From contig JACPGT010000013.1 in NCBI GenBank assembly GCA_016188965.1, forward strand, positions 116,609 through 180,608: a DNA stretch of 64,000 bases. Reading direction: 5' to 3'. Source of the stretch: Candidatus Micrarchaeota archaeon. Its GTDB lineage: Archaea; Micrarchaeota; Micrarchaeia; Norongarragalinales; Norongarragalinaceae. Shown here in pieces: positions 26,975 through 36,791 of the stretch (position 1 is the first letter of the stretch; every line of letters starts with the position of its first letter). The notes beneath the pieces are model-generated. The model did not search any database and was not told the origin of the DNA. It saw nothing but the letters and a program-made list of their open reading frames with translations. The translations under genes were made by a program, and so were the position numbers.

Positions 26975-29932
26975 TTACCCATAGCATTGGTTAGTTGCGG
27001 TGCTAGGAAAGCCAGTGCATAGAGCGTATTTACCTAAACTGCCGCACTGCGACTGGGGCACGTAGTAGTCGCCCGACATACAACTGCATTTTATTATGGG
27101 TTGTACGCTGCAGCCCCTTCTGTTAGTACAGTCAGAAGTTGAGATGCTGCTGCAGGCCAAACCTTGAAATGCCGAATCCGAATAGGCAACCGCGCAACAA
27201 GTCAACCCCGCTTGGCAGACGAAGTTGCCGTTGCCTTGGAAGTTTTTCGTCTGATAACACTGGCTGTTGGCCAAACACCTTCCGTTGGTCCTGGTCGGCG
27301 TCAGACTACAGGGAGAACCTTCGCCAACAGTAGTTGGTCCGGAGCCTACGCGAGGGGGTTGAACTCCAGGCGGGGCGCCCTGGGGGAGGGGGGGCGAAGA
27401 GACAACACAACACTGAATATTGGAAGCTGAATACTGCGTGCAAGTTCCACCTTGGCTTGACGAATACGAAGTACCACCTTTCTGCGTACAGGCATTAGTA
27501 GTTATACATGTCCCTTTCTTTCCGCCGGCAGTACAGGCCTGACCCGGAGCGGGATCTTTTCGTGGTTCACCACCGCCGGAGGATTGGGGCCCTCCGCTTG
27601 GAGCACCGCCACCGCTGCTGCGAGGGGCGTCCCCGGAATCTACGCGTTCAGGTGTTCGAACGGGTTCCGACTCGACTTGCTTGAATTCTTCCAAGCCCTT
27701 GACGTCGAACGGCTTGGCGGGCTTCGCGCCCAAGTCCTTCAAAGTCGTTTGGTCCAGCGGGGTGGAGCAATACACTTTTTCAGGCGTGGTCGAGGCGGGG
27801 CTAGTGTCGGCAGCCGGCTGGGTTTGACTCGTCGGCGTGCGGGTGAACCATTGGTGGACGAATACCTTCACGGCGACGGCTTGTCCGAAACCGACGTTGA
27901 ACGCCTTCACTACAGGGTTGGAAACCGCGTCGGAACTCGTGAATTTATAATAGTTGAATCCGGAAGCCGTCGTCGCTGTCTTGAGCGCAGTCGGTGACTG
28001 GAGGCCGTTGACAGGCACGCCGGAAACCGACTCTGCCGTCGAAGGCGGGCCGTCGTTGTCGACGAAAAACAATCCGGCTGCGACTGGCTCGCCGTAGTCG
28101 ATGGAAGAATACGGCGCAGAATATACCCGCCCCCAGATATCGTCGCCATTGGCCCGGGTCGCCGGCAAATCACCATTCGTCGGGTTCCTATCGGGTTTGG
28201 CCGGCTTTTCTTCTTTCTTCCTTTCGGCGGCAGGCACCTTGCCTTTCATGCCAGCGACTTTGATTTTAAGGTCTTTTTCCAAGTCCAACGAGAGGGGAGT
28301 CTCGGCCTTCAACGCGGCTTGTAGGGCTTTGTAAATAGGGCTATCGGGCTCAACTTCGTTGCACGCTTTGTCTTTGTCCGTCGCGCCAAAATTCTTCTTG
28401 CCCTCACCGGCATTGACGCAATACTTGCTCCATAACGCCCCGGGCCAAGCGGGCACCCAATCGTCGAAGTTGGCGGGTTTGCCGCCTTCTTTGAGTTGGA
28501 CGGACTGCAACGAAATGCTGAAGAACACGGCGGGCGCCGGTTGGGCCCCTGAAGCTGGAGCTGAACTGGCGGCACTTGACGCCGTGCCGGTTGCAGCCGG
28601 AGGCGTGCTGACCGGGGCGTTTTTCAGCTGGATGGTGAAATCGATTTTGCCGCCTTTGCCGTCAAAAGAACCGGGTTTGACGTTGACTTTGACCGCACTG
28701 ATGCACGTCAAGTCCAAGCCTTGGCGCTCGGCCTGTTGCCTGAGTTCGTGGCCTAGTTGCTTCGCGTCCGTCAACACGCGGGACGGCGAGGCCTGTGCGG
28801 GGTGGCCGCCGGTGGCGGTTGGCGTAGTGCCGTCACAAATCGCGGAGGCTTGTTTGTCGCCGGTTTGGGTCAGTTTGCATTTTTTGAGTAATTCGGTTGA
28901 ATCGCGGCCTTCGTCGAGGACGTACGCCAGCAATTCTTGGGTGTATTTCTGTTGTTCTTCGCAAGACGCGGGCCGCGTGGAACCCGCAGAAGATGACGCG
29001 TCACTCGATATGGTCGGTCCGCTTTGGCAGTAGGTTTGCGCGGATAGCGTGGTTCCGGATAATTTCAGCAAGGAAAACGAAGCGGATGAATCCGGGTACG
29101 ACGCGTCGATCGTCACGCCGTCTTTGGGCGGCAACCCGTTTTCGACTGGGATATATTTGCCTTTGACTTGCGCTTCGATGTATTCCTTGAAGGGTTTTTC
29201 TTCCGCTTCCGGATTGGCAAACCCGACGGGCCACTTGTTCAAGTTGTACAGCGTCATGCCGGAAGTCGAGACGGCGGAAGGCGACGAAGACGAGGACTGC
29301 ATTTGGGTGGTGCCAACAACCGGGGTGAAGGCCTGAACAACAGAGGAGGGGGGTCGTGCAGCCACCGCTGCGGGTCGAATTCCCCCTGAACCGGGATCCG
29401 AAACAGAATCGGGAGCGGGTTCGGCTGGAGGGCGGGAACCGGAGGAGCCGGTTGGTCCAGAAGCGACGGCAGTACCCGGAGAACCACCCGCGCGTTTGGC
29501 GGCTAACCACGTTTTGAATCCGGCGATATCTTCGGTGCCAATAGTTATCAGAGCGGTTAGTAAATCGGGGTCGGCTTTCAACGTCTTAAAGCAATCCGCT
29601 CCAGAAAATTGATAATTACGGCTGAGGCGACCATAAACCGCCGTGTTGTCAGCAAATATTTTCTTTTGGGTAGACCCAGGAAAAACTTCTACGGGCGCTT
29701 GTTCTTGCGCGTACTCGCGGTCGCAAATATTGTTTTGTACGGGTAATCGAAAAGCATTTCCGGAGTCATAGTCCACGTTGGCACCAAAATCGAAAGAGGC
29801 AGTACCCGTTTCAAAATTTAGCGTATTTCCGACGACCAACCCGGTCATGACGCGGTCGGGTCCGGCGGCAAATAAGGCCGCGGCGACGAGGGCGGCGAAG
29901 GCGACGGCGGCGATGAAGTTTTGGGAAGACAT
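26975..29932 (-). CDS. Secreted 985-aa protein with Ser/Thr/Pro-rich linkers and a Cys-rich C-terminal module
   Basis: Signal peptide MSSQNFIAAVAFAALVAAALFAAGP. More than 30 Cys in the last ~200 aa (CTAGGKKGTCITTNACTQKGG...CSVQPIIKCSCMSGDYYVPQSQCGSLGKYALC). Confidence 0.75.
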   Translation of the reverse strand: MSSQNFIAAVAFAALVAAALFAAGPDRVMTGLVVGNTLNFETGTASFDFGANVDYDSGNAFRLPVQNNICDREYAQEQAPVEVFPGSTQKKIFADNTAVYGRLSRNYQFSGADCFKTLKADPDLLTALITIGTEDIAGFKTWLAAKRAGGSPGTAVASGPTGSSGSRPPAEPAPDSVSDPGSGGIRPAAVAARPPSSVVQAFTPVVGTTQMQSSSSSPSAVSTSGMTLYNLNKWPVGFANPEAEEKPFKEYIEAQVKGKYIPVENGLPPKDGVTIDASYPDSSASFSLLKLSGTTLSAQTYCQSGPTISSDASSSAGSTRPASCEEQQKYTQELLAYVLDEGRDSTELLKKCKLTQTGDKQASAICDGTTPTATGGHPAQASPSRVLTDAKQLGHELRQQAERQGLDLTCISAVKVNVKPGSFDGKGGKIDFTIQLKNAPVSTPPAATGTASSAASSAPASGAQPAPAVFFSISLQSVQLKEGGKPANFDDWVPAWPGALWSKYCVNAGEGKKNFGATDKDKACNEVEPDSPIYKALQAALKAETPLSLDLEKDLKIKVAGMKGKVPAAERKKEEKPAKPDRNPTNGDLPATRANGDDIWGRVYSAPYSSIDYGEPVAAGLFFVDNDGPPSTAESVSGVPVNGLQSPTALKTATTASGFNYYKFTSSDAVSNPVVKAFNVGFGQAVAVKVFVHQWFTRTPTSQTQPAADTSPASTTPEKVYCSTPLDQTTLKDLGAKPAKPFDVKGLEEFKQVESEPVRTPERVDSGDAPRSSGGGAPSGGPQSSGGGEPRKDPAPGQACTAGGKKGTCITTNACTQKGGTSYSSSQGGTCTQYSASNIQCCVVSSPPLPQGAPPGVQPPRVGSGPTTVGEGSPCSLTPTRTNGRCLANSQCYQTKNFQGNGNFVCQAGLTCCAVAYSDSAFQGLACSSISTSDCTNRRGCSVQPIIKCSCMSGDYYVPQSQCGSLGKYALCTGFPSTATNQCYG

Positions 29933-29942
29933 GACAAACGGC

Positions 29943-32900
29943 CTAACTCGATGAAGCTATGCATCGGCAAATTACCTTGCCGTCACTACCAGGAGTCTTC
30001 CCAGGAGGCGTTAGTAAATCCAAATTGGGACCGCATTTTCCGTTTCCGGATTGGCTGCGGTCGGACGCCATACTGCACGTGAACGACATATCGGCCTTCT
30101 GTCCGCGGCATCCTCCAATAGACTCGCTGCTGCACGTGGAATCGTCTCTTGTCGCTTTGGGGGCATGTGACAATTCTTGGGCCTGAGTGCTGACGGGCGC
30201 GTTGCTTTGGGTGGTGGTCGCGCCTTTGGGCACCCAGTTTTGGATTTCGTATTTCTTGCCGTCGGCGGAGAGTTTGAGGTAGGGAAATCCGCGGTACTCT
30301 TCCTTCAAAGTCTGCGAGCCTTTCGGCCGGTTGGCGGATGGCGCGTCGGATGCTTGCGTCCAGAGGCGCGGGTCGTATTGGGCAGGGGTGGAGGACATGC
30401 GGTCGAAGCGTTCGAATTCGACGTTGTCGCCCGTCTGGCTTGCGCCGGTCAAGTCGGCTTTGATTTGGTAGACTTTGATGCCGCCGGAGTTTCCGGCTTC
30501 TTTGACGGGCAGGGCGATGACGGGTTGCAAGTCGGCGATGACGGGTTTGCGGTTGGAGTAGACGCCGCGGCTGTAGCCGTACCATTGCTGTTGTTGCTGC
30601 ATGAACGGGTTGAAGTATCCGGTGTTCAGTTGGCCTTGGTATTGGAAGGCGTTGAGGATGTCCGAGTGGCAGCCGGCTTGTTGCCATCCTTGTCCGAAGG
30701 CGTCGCCGAAGCTTTGCTGGATGGTCGGGTCGTTCACGTAGCCTGGGTAGTAGCCTTGGCCTGGGTAGAAGTTGGACTGGTACGGGTTGTAAGGCACTTG
30801 TCCGCCGCCGAGCGCGGGGTTGACGGCCGCGCCGCCGCTGATTCCGCCACCGTAAGGATTGGCGCCGCCGTAGGGGCTGCCGTAGGGGTTGTAGCCGCCG
30901 CTGAATCCTTGCTGGTCGTAGTATCCCGGCGTGTTCTGGTTGTAGCCGTAGATGGGCGCGATGCCGCTCTGTTGGCATTGTTGGCGCGTCTGGGCCAAGG
31001 GATCCTGTCCTTGCCGGATGCAGGCTTCGTATTGTGAACGCAGGGCCATGTATTCGCGCAAGGCGTCCTGCATGGCTTGCTGGTATAAGCGTTGGTACGC
31101 CTGTCCGTCGCCGCCGTTGAGCCCGAGGGGGTCTTCGTAGGCCAGCGTGTCGACGGAGGCGAGGTATTGGACGGCAAAAGCGTTCAGCGCGGTCTTGACG
31201 GTTTCAAGATAAGCCGTGGCTTGTTCCGGCGTGCAGTAGTTGGCGCCGGAGCATGAATACGCGCCTTCGCTTGCGCCGACGTTGCCGACGATGTCGTATT
31301 GGTCAAGTCCGACGGGTGCGGGCTGGATCGTCACTTGCAGGGGCAATTCGGTGGCGGTCGTGGCCGTGGCGCCGGATTTCAAGGTGAGTTTGTCGTCTTT
31401 CTTGAGCGTCAGCGTGGTGGCGCGGGCGTCGGTGCCGGCTACGACGAAGTTGGTCAGGCCGGCGCCGTTGAGGATGAACTGGACTTGTTTGGATTGGATG
31501 TTGTTGGCAAAAACGGCGGGTTCCTCGAAGCTTAATCCGGTTTTTCCACGCAGGGTGATGGCGCCGGAGGGCATGGCGATGAAGGCCAAGTGATCCGCTT
31601 GGCTTTGCGCGGTTTGGACGGCGAAGTGGACGATGTAGTCGCGGGCGTCGAGGTTGACGCCGGTGCCGAATGGCTTGAGTTTGACTTGGAAGCCGTCTTT
31701 TCCTTTGCCGATGGGTTCGACCTTGATTTGGCCGTCTTGTCCCGCGGTGTATTGGACGCATTGGGCGCGGGGACGGAAGGTCACGACGAAGGTGCGCGTC
31801 TGGCGGGTGAGGAGGCCGACTTGGGACTGCAGGTTCTGTTTGATGTCGGTGAAGATGTCGTTGACGCCGGAGAACTTGCCGACTTCCTGGATTTCGTAGC
31901 AGGGATTGTTGTACTGCGTCAGGATGTCGACGGTGTTGAACAGCTGGTTCTCGACGCTGAAGGCCAAGGCGTTGTACGGCACGATGGGGAAGATGGGCTT
32001 GGTGCAGGAAATGCCGCTGGCGGACGGCGTGCATCCGTCGCCGGCTTTCTTGAGCGCCACGCCGCGTTGCGTCGCCGTCAGTTGGGTGGGTGCTGACGCG
32101 GCGGTGACTTGCTGGGGATAGTTGCCCAGCGTTTGGGCGCCGAGGTAGTAGCCGAGGTATTTGGAGAAGATGTTCTGGAAGTTGAAGTTAGGCGCTTGGC
32201 AGACTTGCGACACGGGGATGCAGCATTGCTGGCCTTCCGCGCATACGGCGGCGGTGGCGGAGGGAGTAGGCGTGGGCGTGCCGTAGGGGTTGGGTGGATT
32301 TTCCGAGAAGTAGGGCGGAAGCCCCGTGTTGTACGGCGATGGGCCGTATGGGTAGCCGGGGACGTTGGAGTATGGCGTGTAGCCGGTGGGCCACGTGGGC
32401 GAGGATGGCTGGTACGTGGACGGGATGAAGCCGTTGGGACAGGATTGGCCCAGCGCGACGCATTGGCCGCCGCGGGCGGCGCAGTCCGCACCGGGTACGG
32501 GCGTGGGCGAAGGCGAGGCGTTGCCCGGCTGGGGCGAAACGGTTGGCGTGGGGCTGGCAGACACGCCGCATTGTGAGGATAGGACGGCAATCGAGCTGCC
32601 GAGTGCTTGTCCGTTGACGGTTTCGGCGTTGAACGCCAGGAAGCATTCCCCGTCCGTCGTGGGCGTGAGGAGGATCCGGGTGTCTTTTCCGGGCTTGACG
32701 CGGAAGTTGGCGGACGACGAGCCGGACGCGCCGTGTACCGGCGGGGTAGTCGTGGCCGTGGTGCTCAAGACGCGCATGGAGGCACAGGCCGTTCCGGCGA
32801 ACGAGGCGGCGACTTTCAGTTCGGCGTTGACGCGCGAGGACACGGTCAGGGTGGTGGGGTTCTTGCAGTCGAGTTCGACGTTGGAAATGTCGGAGCCAAA

Positions 32901-35900
32901 TTCGAGCGGTTCGGTGGCGTTGGCCGCGACTTGGGCTTCTCCTTCCTGGAATCCGTCACGCGAGGCGACGACGGCGAACAGGCCGGGCGCGTGGGGCCGA
33001 AGTTTCTTGAACTTGTAGATGCCGTCTTGCCCGTTGTCCTTGGAGCCGTCGCCTTGGAGGGTGATGGGCTCGTTGGGGAATCCGTCAAAAGGCGAGCCCT
33101 GCGTTTCCTTCAAGGTGAGGCGGGCGTCGGTGACGGGAACGTTGCGGTCGGACTTGACGTCGACCGTCAGCGTGTTATCCTGTAGCGTTTCGATGGCCGT
33201 CGGTGAGGGCACGATGACGAACGTGCCGGTGCCTTGGACGACGACGAAGCGGTTCACGTCGAGGATGGCGCCGGGCGTGTCGGAAAACGCAAGATTGAAG
33301 CGGGAACTGGCCGTCGGCAGCAGTGCTTTGGCAAAGAGGGTGCCGTTGGTGCGTTGGAAGAACGACAAGGGGATGCTGACGGTGGTGGAAGCAGGGCTGA
33401 CGGGCGTGAGCGTGCCGAAGTCGTAGCCGGTGATTTGGACGGACGGGCTGGTCGTGATGCTCAAGCGGGGCGCGTCAAGGGCTTCGAAGGCGCGCAAATC
33501 GATGGAGACGTTGAACGTCGAGCCAGCGTCTACGCGGAGGCCGTTGGCCGCGCTGGCCGTGGCCGAGTAGAAGCGGGTGGAGAGGCAGGCGCGGTCGTTG
33601 CAGTCGCTCTTGCCGTCGATGACGGGCAGCTTGATGGTGACGGTCTGCGCATAGCAGGAATCCAAATCGGCGGTCTTTTCTAGGCCTCCGAAGCGGGGGT
33701 CTTCCGGCTTGCGGAGGTTGATTTCGCCGGCCTGGGCATAGAGGCGGTAGTGCAGCACGACTTCGTCGCGGGGCTTCGCGTCGGGCTTGACGAATACGTC
33801 AGCGGCCACGGTGCCGGCGCCGAATTGCGAGGAATACGTCCAGTCGATCCATTGGATGGGGCCGTTCTGGTCGCCCAAGTCGTCGGTGCAGGACGGGCCG
33901 GGGTTGAAGCGGCCGCCCTTGACGATTTCGGCAGCCGAGGGTTGGGAATAGTCGCCGAACGTCGCAATGGATTGTGCCGCGTCGGCCTGCGTGCCGACGC
34001 GGAGGAACACGCCGGCTTTGCGGGCGTTGGACGGCAGGTTGAACGAGACGGCGAAGGAGTAGATGCGGCCCTTGTCCAGCGCCGTGACGTTGCGGCCATT
34101 CTCGTCCAGGACGGCGTAACTCAACACGGTCAACTGGTTGGCCAGCGACGAGGGCAGCAGGTAGAGTGACTTGTGCATGGTGGCGCTAGGCTCGACGGAG
34201 AATTCCTCGGACGACAGTCCGACGTAGCCGGAGGCGTTGGCGTACAGCACGAGGTTGCGGTTCGCCGGTACTTGGATGGAGCAGGCCGTGCCGTTGCTCT
34301 GGCACGTGCCGACGACGCGGTTGGTCGACGAGAGGGCCGCGGTGAACGTGGCGGACATGGCCGAGCGGTTCGCCGCGTCGAATGCTTTGGCCGAGACGAA
34401 CGCCGTGGCCGGTTGCAGCATGATGCGCATCGATTTGGGTTCCAGGCCGATTTCGACGATGTCGCTTTGTCCGCTTTGGGCGCCGTACACCGCGGTGGCC
34501 TTGACGCGCTTGAGCGGCAGGTTTCCAAAGACGGTGGCGCCGTCCAGTTCCGTGTCTTGAGCCGGCAGGCCCAGGGGGAATCCATCATGCGTCTGCAGGG
34601 TGACGGTCGCGCCGGAGACGGCCGCGCCGGTGTCATCGATAACGGAGACGTTCAGAGAACCGTGGTTGCCCACCAGCACGCGGTCCAGCACTTGTTGCGT
34701 GAATTCGCCGCCCGTCAGCACGCGCGTGGTGGCCGGCAAGTAGCCTTCGGCCCATACCGTGGCGTATACGCGGGCCGACGGCGCGATGTCGAAACTGACT
34801 TTGCCGTCGTCATCGGTAAGCGTCATGTCGGACACGGCGCGCAAGGCCGCTCCTGACAGGTAGAGCCGCACTTGGGCGCCTGGAATCGGGGATTTAGCCG
34901 AGTCGACGGCTTGGAGGGAGACTTTCGAAAAGTCCGTTCCGCCGCCGGTGGTCGTCTTTTTGGGCAGTTGGACGAAGAAGTCGGTGTCCGACGCGGTGAC
35001 TTTCGAGTCGAACGTGTGCAAGCTGAAATCGTTGCTGTCCGGGTCGAACGTGGCGTAGACTTCGACGCCCAGCGGGACGTTGTCGAAACGCGCCACGCCT
35101 TGGGAATCCGTCGCCGAAGAATCCAGAGTTTCGGCGTTGTCGTTGCGGTACAGCGTCACGAGGCCGGACAGGCCGTTGCCCTGCAGGTCCAGTACTTCGA
35201 CGCGCACCGTCGCCGAACCGGGTTGGACGGATGGATTGGGAGTGACCGTTCCGCCGCCTCCGCCTCCAGAGGAGTATAGCGTGACGGAGCAGGAAGAGCT
35301 GCTCGTAAGGCAGGACTGCGTCGTGCTTTCGTAGCCGTCATGTGAGACGGCCAGCGTCACGGCCGGGGAAGAAGGCGGCACGGAAAGCGTGACGCGTCCT
35401 TGGGCGTCGGTCTGTCGGGTGACGAATTCGCCGGTCAACGGGTCCTGGAAACGCACTTCGGCGTTGCTCAAGGGGAATTGGTTGTCGTCGTTGACGAAGA
35501 GCACCAACGAGCCGGACCCGCCGGCGGAACCGCCCGCGGCCTCCAACGAGATGGAAAACGTGGCCGACGACTTGCCGGACGGCAAGGGGAATTCTTTGGA
35601 GAAGGCGTTGTATCCAGCAGCCGCGTCGATGCGGATGGTAATCTTCTTGGAGTAGGGCACTGATTCGAAGTTGGCCACGCCATTTTTCGTCTTGGCGGAC
35701 AACTCGTCGTCGCCGGAGGAAAGCCTGACCAGGATGCTTTCAAGGTTGACAGAATCCGGCCCCGTGACCTTGACGGCCACGTTGACGGCGCCGGAATTGC
35801 CAAGCGGCGGAAAACCGCCACCCAGGACGGACATGGCGGCGAACGCGCCAATGCCGAGGATGAGCAGGACTCCGAGGAAGAAGAAAGGCATGGAAGGCAT

Positions 35901-36020
35901 GCCGCGGTCTTCGAGGGGATTGATGAACCATTCATAGACCTTGATGCCGGAATTCTCAAGGCCGTCCATGAAGCGGTAATACGTGTCTTCCAACGATTGG
36001 TATAACTCGTTCAAGCCCAT
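29943..36020 (-). CDS. Giant (about 2025 aa) membrane-anchored surface protein with Ig-like/CarboxypepD_reg-like repeats, a Q/N/Y/G-rich low-complexity segment and a Cys-containing C-terminus
   Basis: Start taken at MGLNELYQSLEDTYYRFMDGLENSGIKVYEWFINPLEDRGMPSMPFFFLGVLLILGIG (ATG 36020), because of the TATA box TTTATATAAG at 36049-36058 and homology to the 1804-aa N-terminus. The ORF-tracker extension to 36284 is probably untranslated. Confidence 0.8.
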   Translation of the reverse strand: MGLNELYQSLEDTYYRFMDGLENSGIKVYEWFINPLEDRGMPSMPFFFLGVLLILGIGAFAAMSVLGGGFPPLGNSGAVNVAVKVTGPDSVNLESILVRLSSGDDELSAKTKNGVANFESVPYSKKITIRIDAAAGYNAFSKEFPLPSGKSSATFSISLEAAGGSAGGSGSLVLFVNDDNQFPLSNAEVRFQDPLTGEFVTRQTDAQGRVTLSVPPSSPAVTLAVSHDGYESTTQSCLTSSSSCSVTLYSSGGGGGGTVTPNPSVQPGSATVRVEVLDLQGNGLSGLVTLYRNDNAETLDSSATDSQGVARFDNVPLGVEVYATFDPDSNDFSLHTFDSKVTASDTDFFVQLPKKTTTGGGTDFSKVSLQAVDSAKSPIPGAQVRLYLSGAALRAVSDMTLTDDDGKVSFDIAPSARVYATVWAEGYLPATTRVLTGGEFTQQVLDRVLVGNHGSLNVSVIDDTGAAVSGATVTLQTHDGFPLGLPAQDTELDGATVFGNLPLKRVKATAVYGAQSGQSDIVEIGLEPKSMRIMLQPATAFVSAKAFDAANRSAMSATFTAALSSTNRVVGTCQSNGTACSIQVPANRNLVLYANASGYVGLSSEEFSVEPSATMHKSLYLLPSSLANQLTVLSYAVLDENGRNVTALDKGRIYSFAVSFNLPSNARKAGVFLRVGTQADAAQSIATFGDYSQPSAAEIVKGGRFNPGPSCTDDLGDQNGPIQWIDWTYSSQFGAGTVAADVFVKPDAKPRDEVVLHYRLYAQAGEINLRKPEDPRFGGLEKTADLDSCYAQTVTIKLPVIDGKSDCNDRACLSTRFYSATASAANGLRVDAGSTFNVSIDLRAFEALDAPRLSITTSPSVQITGYDFGTLTPVSPASTTVSIPLSFFQRTNGTLFAKALLPTASSRFNLAFSDTPGAILDVNRFVVVQGTGTFVIVPSPTAIETLQDNTLTVDVKSDRNVPVTDARLTLKETQGSPFDGFPNEPITLQGDGSKDNGQDGIYKFKKLRPHAPGLFAVVASRDGFQEGEAQVAANATEPLEFGSDISNVELDCKNPTTLTVSSRVNAELKVAASFAGTACASMRVLSTTATTTPPVHGASGSSSANFRVKPGKDTRILLTPTTDGECFLAFNAETVNGQALGSSIAVLSSQCGVSASPTPTVSPQPGNASPSPTPVPGADCAARGGQCVALGQSCPNGFIPSTYQPSSPTWPTGYTPYSNVPGYPYGPSPYNTGLPPYFSENPPNPYGTPTPTPSATAAVCAEGQQCCIPVSQVCQAPNFNFQNIFSKYLGYYLGAQTLGNYPQQVTAASAPTQLTATQRGVALKKAGDGCTPSASGISCTKPIFPIVPYNALAFSVENQLFNTVDILTQYNNPCYEIQEVGKFSGVNDIFTDIKQNLQSQVGLLTRQTRTFVVTFRPRAQCVQYTAGQDGQIKVEPIGKGKDGFQVKLKPFGTGVNLDARDYIVHFAVQTAQSQADHLAFIAMPSGAITLRGKTGLSFEEPAVFANNIQSKQVQFILNGAGLTNFVVAGTDARATTLTLKKDDKLTLKSGATATTATELPLQVTIQPAPVGLDQYDIVGNVGASEGAYSCSGANYCTPEQATAYLETVKTALNAFAVQYLASVDTLAYEDPLGLNGGDGQAYQRLYQQAMQDALREYMALRSQYEACIRQGQDPLAQTRQQCQQSGIAPIYGYNQNTPGYYDQQGFSGGYNPYGSPYGGANPYGGGISGGAAVNPALGGGQVPYNPYQSNFYPGQGYYPGYVNDPTIQQSFGDAFGQGWQQAGCHSDILNAFQYQGQLNTGYFNPFMQQQQQWYGYSRGVYSNRKPVIADLQPVIALPVKEAGNSGGIKVYQIKADLTGASQTGDNVEFERFDRMSSTPAQYDPRLWTQASDAPSANRPKGSQTLKEEYRGFPYLKLSADGKKYEIQNWVPKGATTTQSNAPVSTQAQELSHAPKATRDDSTCSSESIGGCRGQKADMSFTCSMASDRSQSGNGKCGPNLDLLTPPGKTPGSDGKVICRCIASSS

Positions 36021-36048
36021 AGGTCCACCAGAGAATAGTTTCGCACTC

Positions 36049-36058
36049 TTATATAAAC
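36049..36058 (-). promoter_or_regulatory. Canonical archaeal TATA box (TTTATATAAG on the reverse strand), ~27 nt upstream of the TSS and ~6 nt leader to ATG 36020
   Basis: seen in sequence. Confidence 0.6.
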
Positions 36059-36231
36059 GTAAACAATTGCCCGCGAGGGAAAAAGGACGCGGGTTTAAGA
36101 AAAAAACAGGAGAAAGAAGCCCGGGTAAATGAAGCAAAAACGCGGGCCGCCGGCCCATCCGCGTCGCGTCACCGGCCAGCACCCGGGCAAACGCTGAAAA
36201 ACCAAGGACCGAATCAGAAGTCCGAACCGTC

Positions 36232-36660
36232 ATGAACTGGTACCAGCATTTCGCCGTCTCGCTTGCGGCCTGCCATCTGCTCAACGTGGCATCCGCGACG
36301 CCGTGGACCGGGCCGTTATTGGCCGCCGCCGCGCTGGGCGCGTGGCTTCCCGACGTAGACCATCAGAAAACCCGCATCTTCCACTTCGCACTCGCCGTCG
36401 TCTTCGCACTCGCTTTTTCATTCGTTTTCCTGACGGTCAACTTCCCGTTTTCCGCGAAGGTCTTCGCCGCCACGGCCGCAGGCTTTGCATCGGCGCTTTT
36501 ATTGTGGCTCATCAAGCCGCGTCACCGCGGCGTCACGCACCATGGGCTTGCCGCCGCCGTCTTCGGAATGCTGGTCTACGTCGTGAGCCAGAACGCGTCC
36601 GTGGCGGTCAACGGTTTCCTGGCGTACGGCATGCATTTGGTTGCGGACTGGGTTTCGTGA
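36232..36660 (+). CDS. YdjM-like membrane-bound metal-dependent hydrolase (DUF457/COG1988)
   Basis: Four predicted TM helices and the conserved WLPDVDH motif. It is the only plus-strand gene embedded in the giant-gene block. Confidence 0.55.
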   Translation: MNWYQHFAVSLAACHLLNVASATPWTGPLLAAAALGAWLPDVDHQKTRIFHFALAVVFALAFSFVFLTVNFPFSAKVFAATAAGFASALLLWLIKPRHRGVTHHGLAAAVFGMLVYVVSQNASVAVNGFLAYGMHLVADWVS

Positions 36661-36791
36661 GAAGAACTAGCGTATAGCAATATCGATGCGCCCCAGGACA
36701 AACAACGCGACGGCGTATTTATTCCGAAAAAAGCCTGCGGGCCGATGAAAAAAAGAGGATGCGTAAGCCGAAAGAAATGGCGAAAATACGC

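Noticed and set aside
29943-36284. ORF-tracker 5' extension of the 2113-aa ORF (36021-36284)
   Set aside because: The extension runs through the TATA box at 36049-36058 and is unrelated to the conserved MG...N-terminus shared with the 1804-aa protein. The start is reassigned to 36020.
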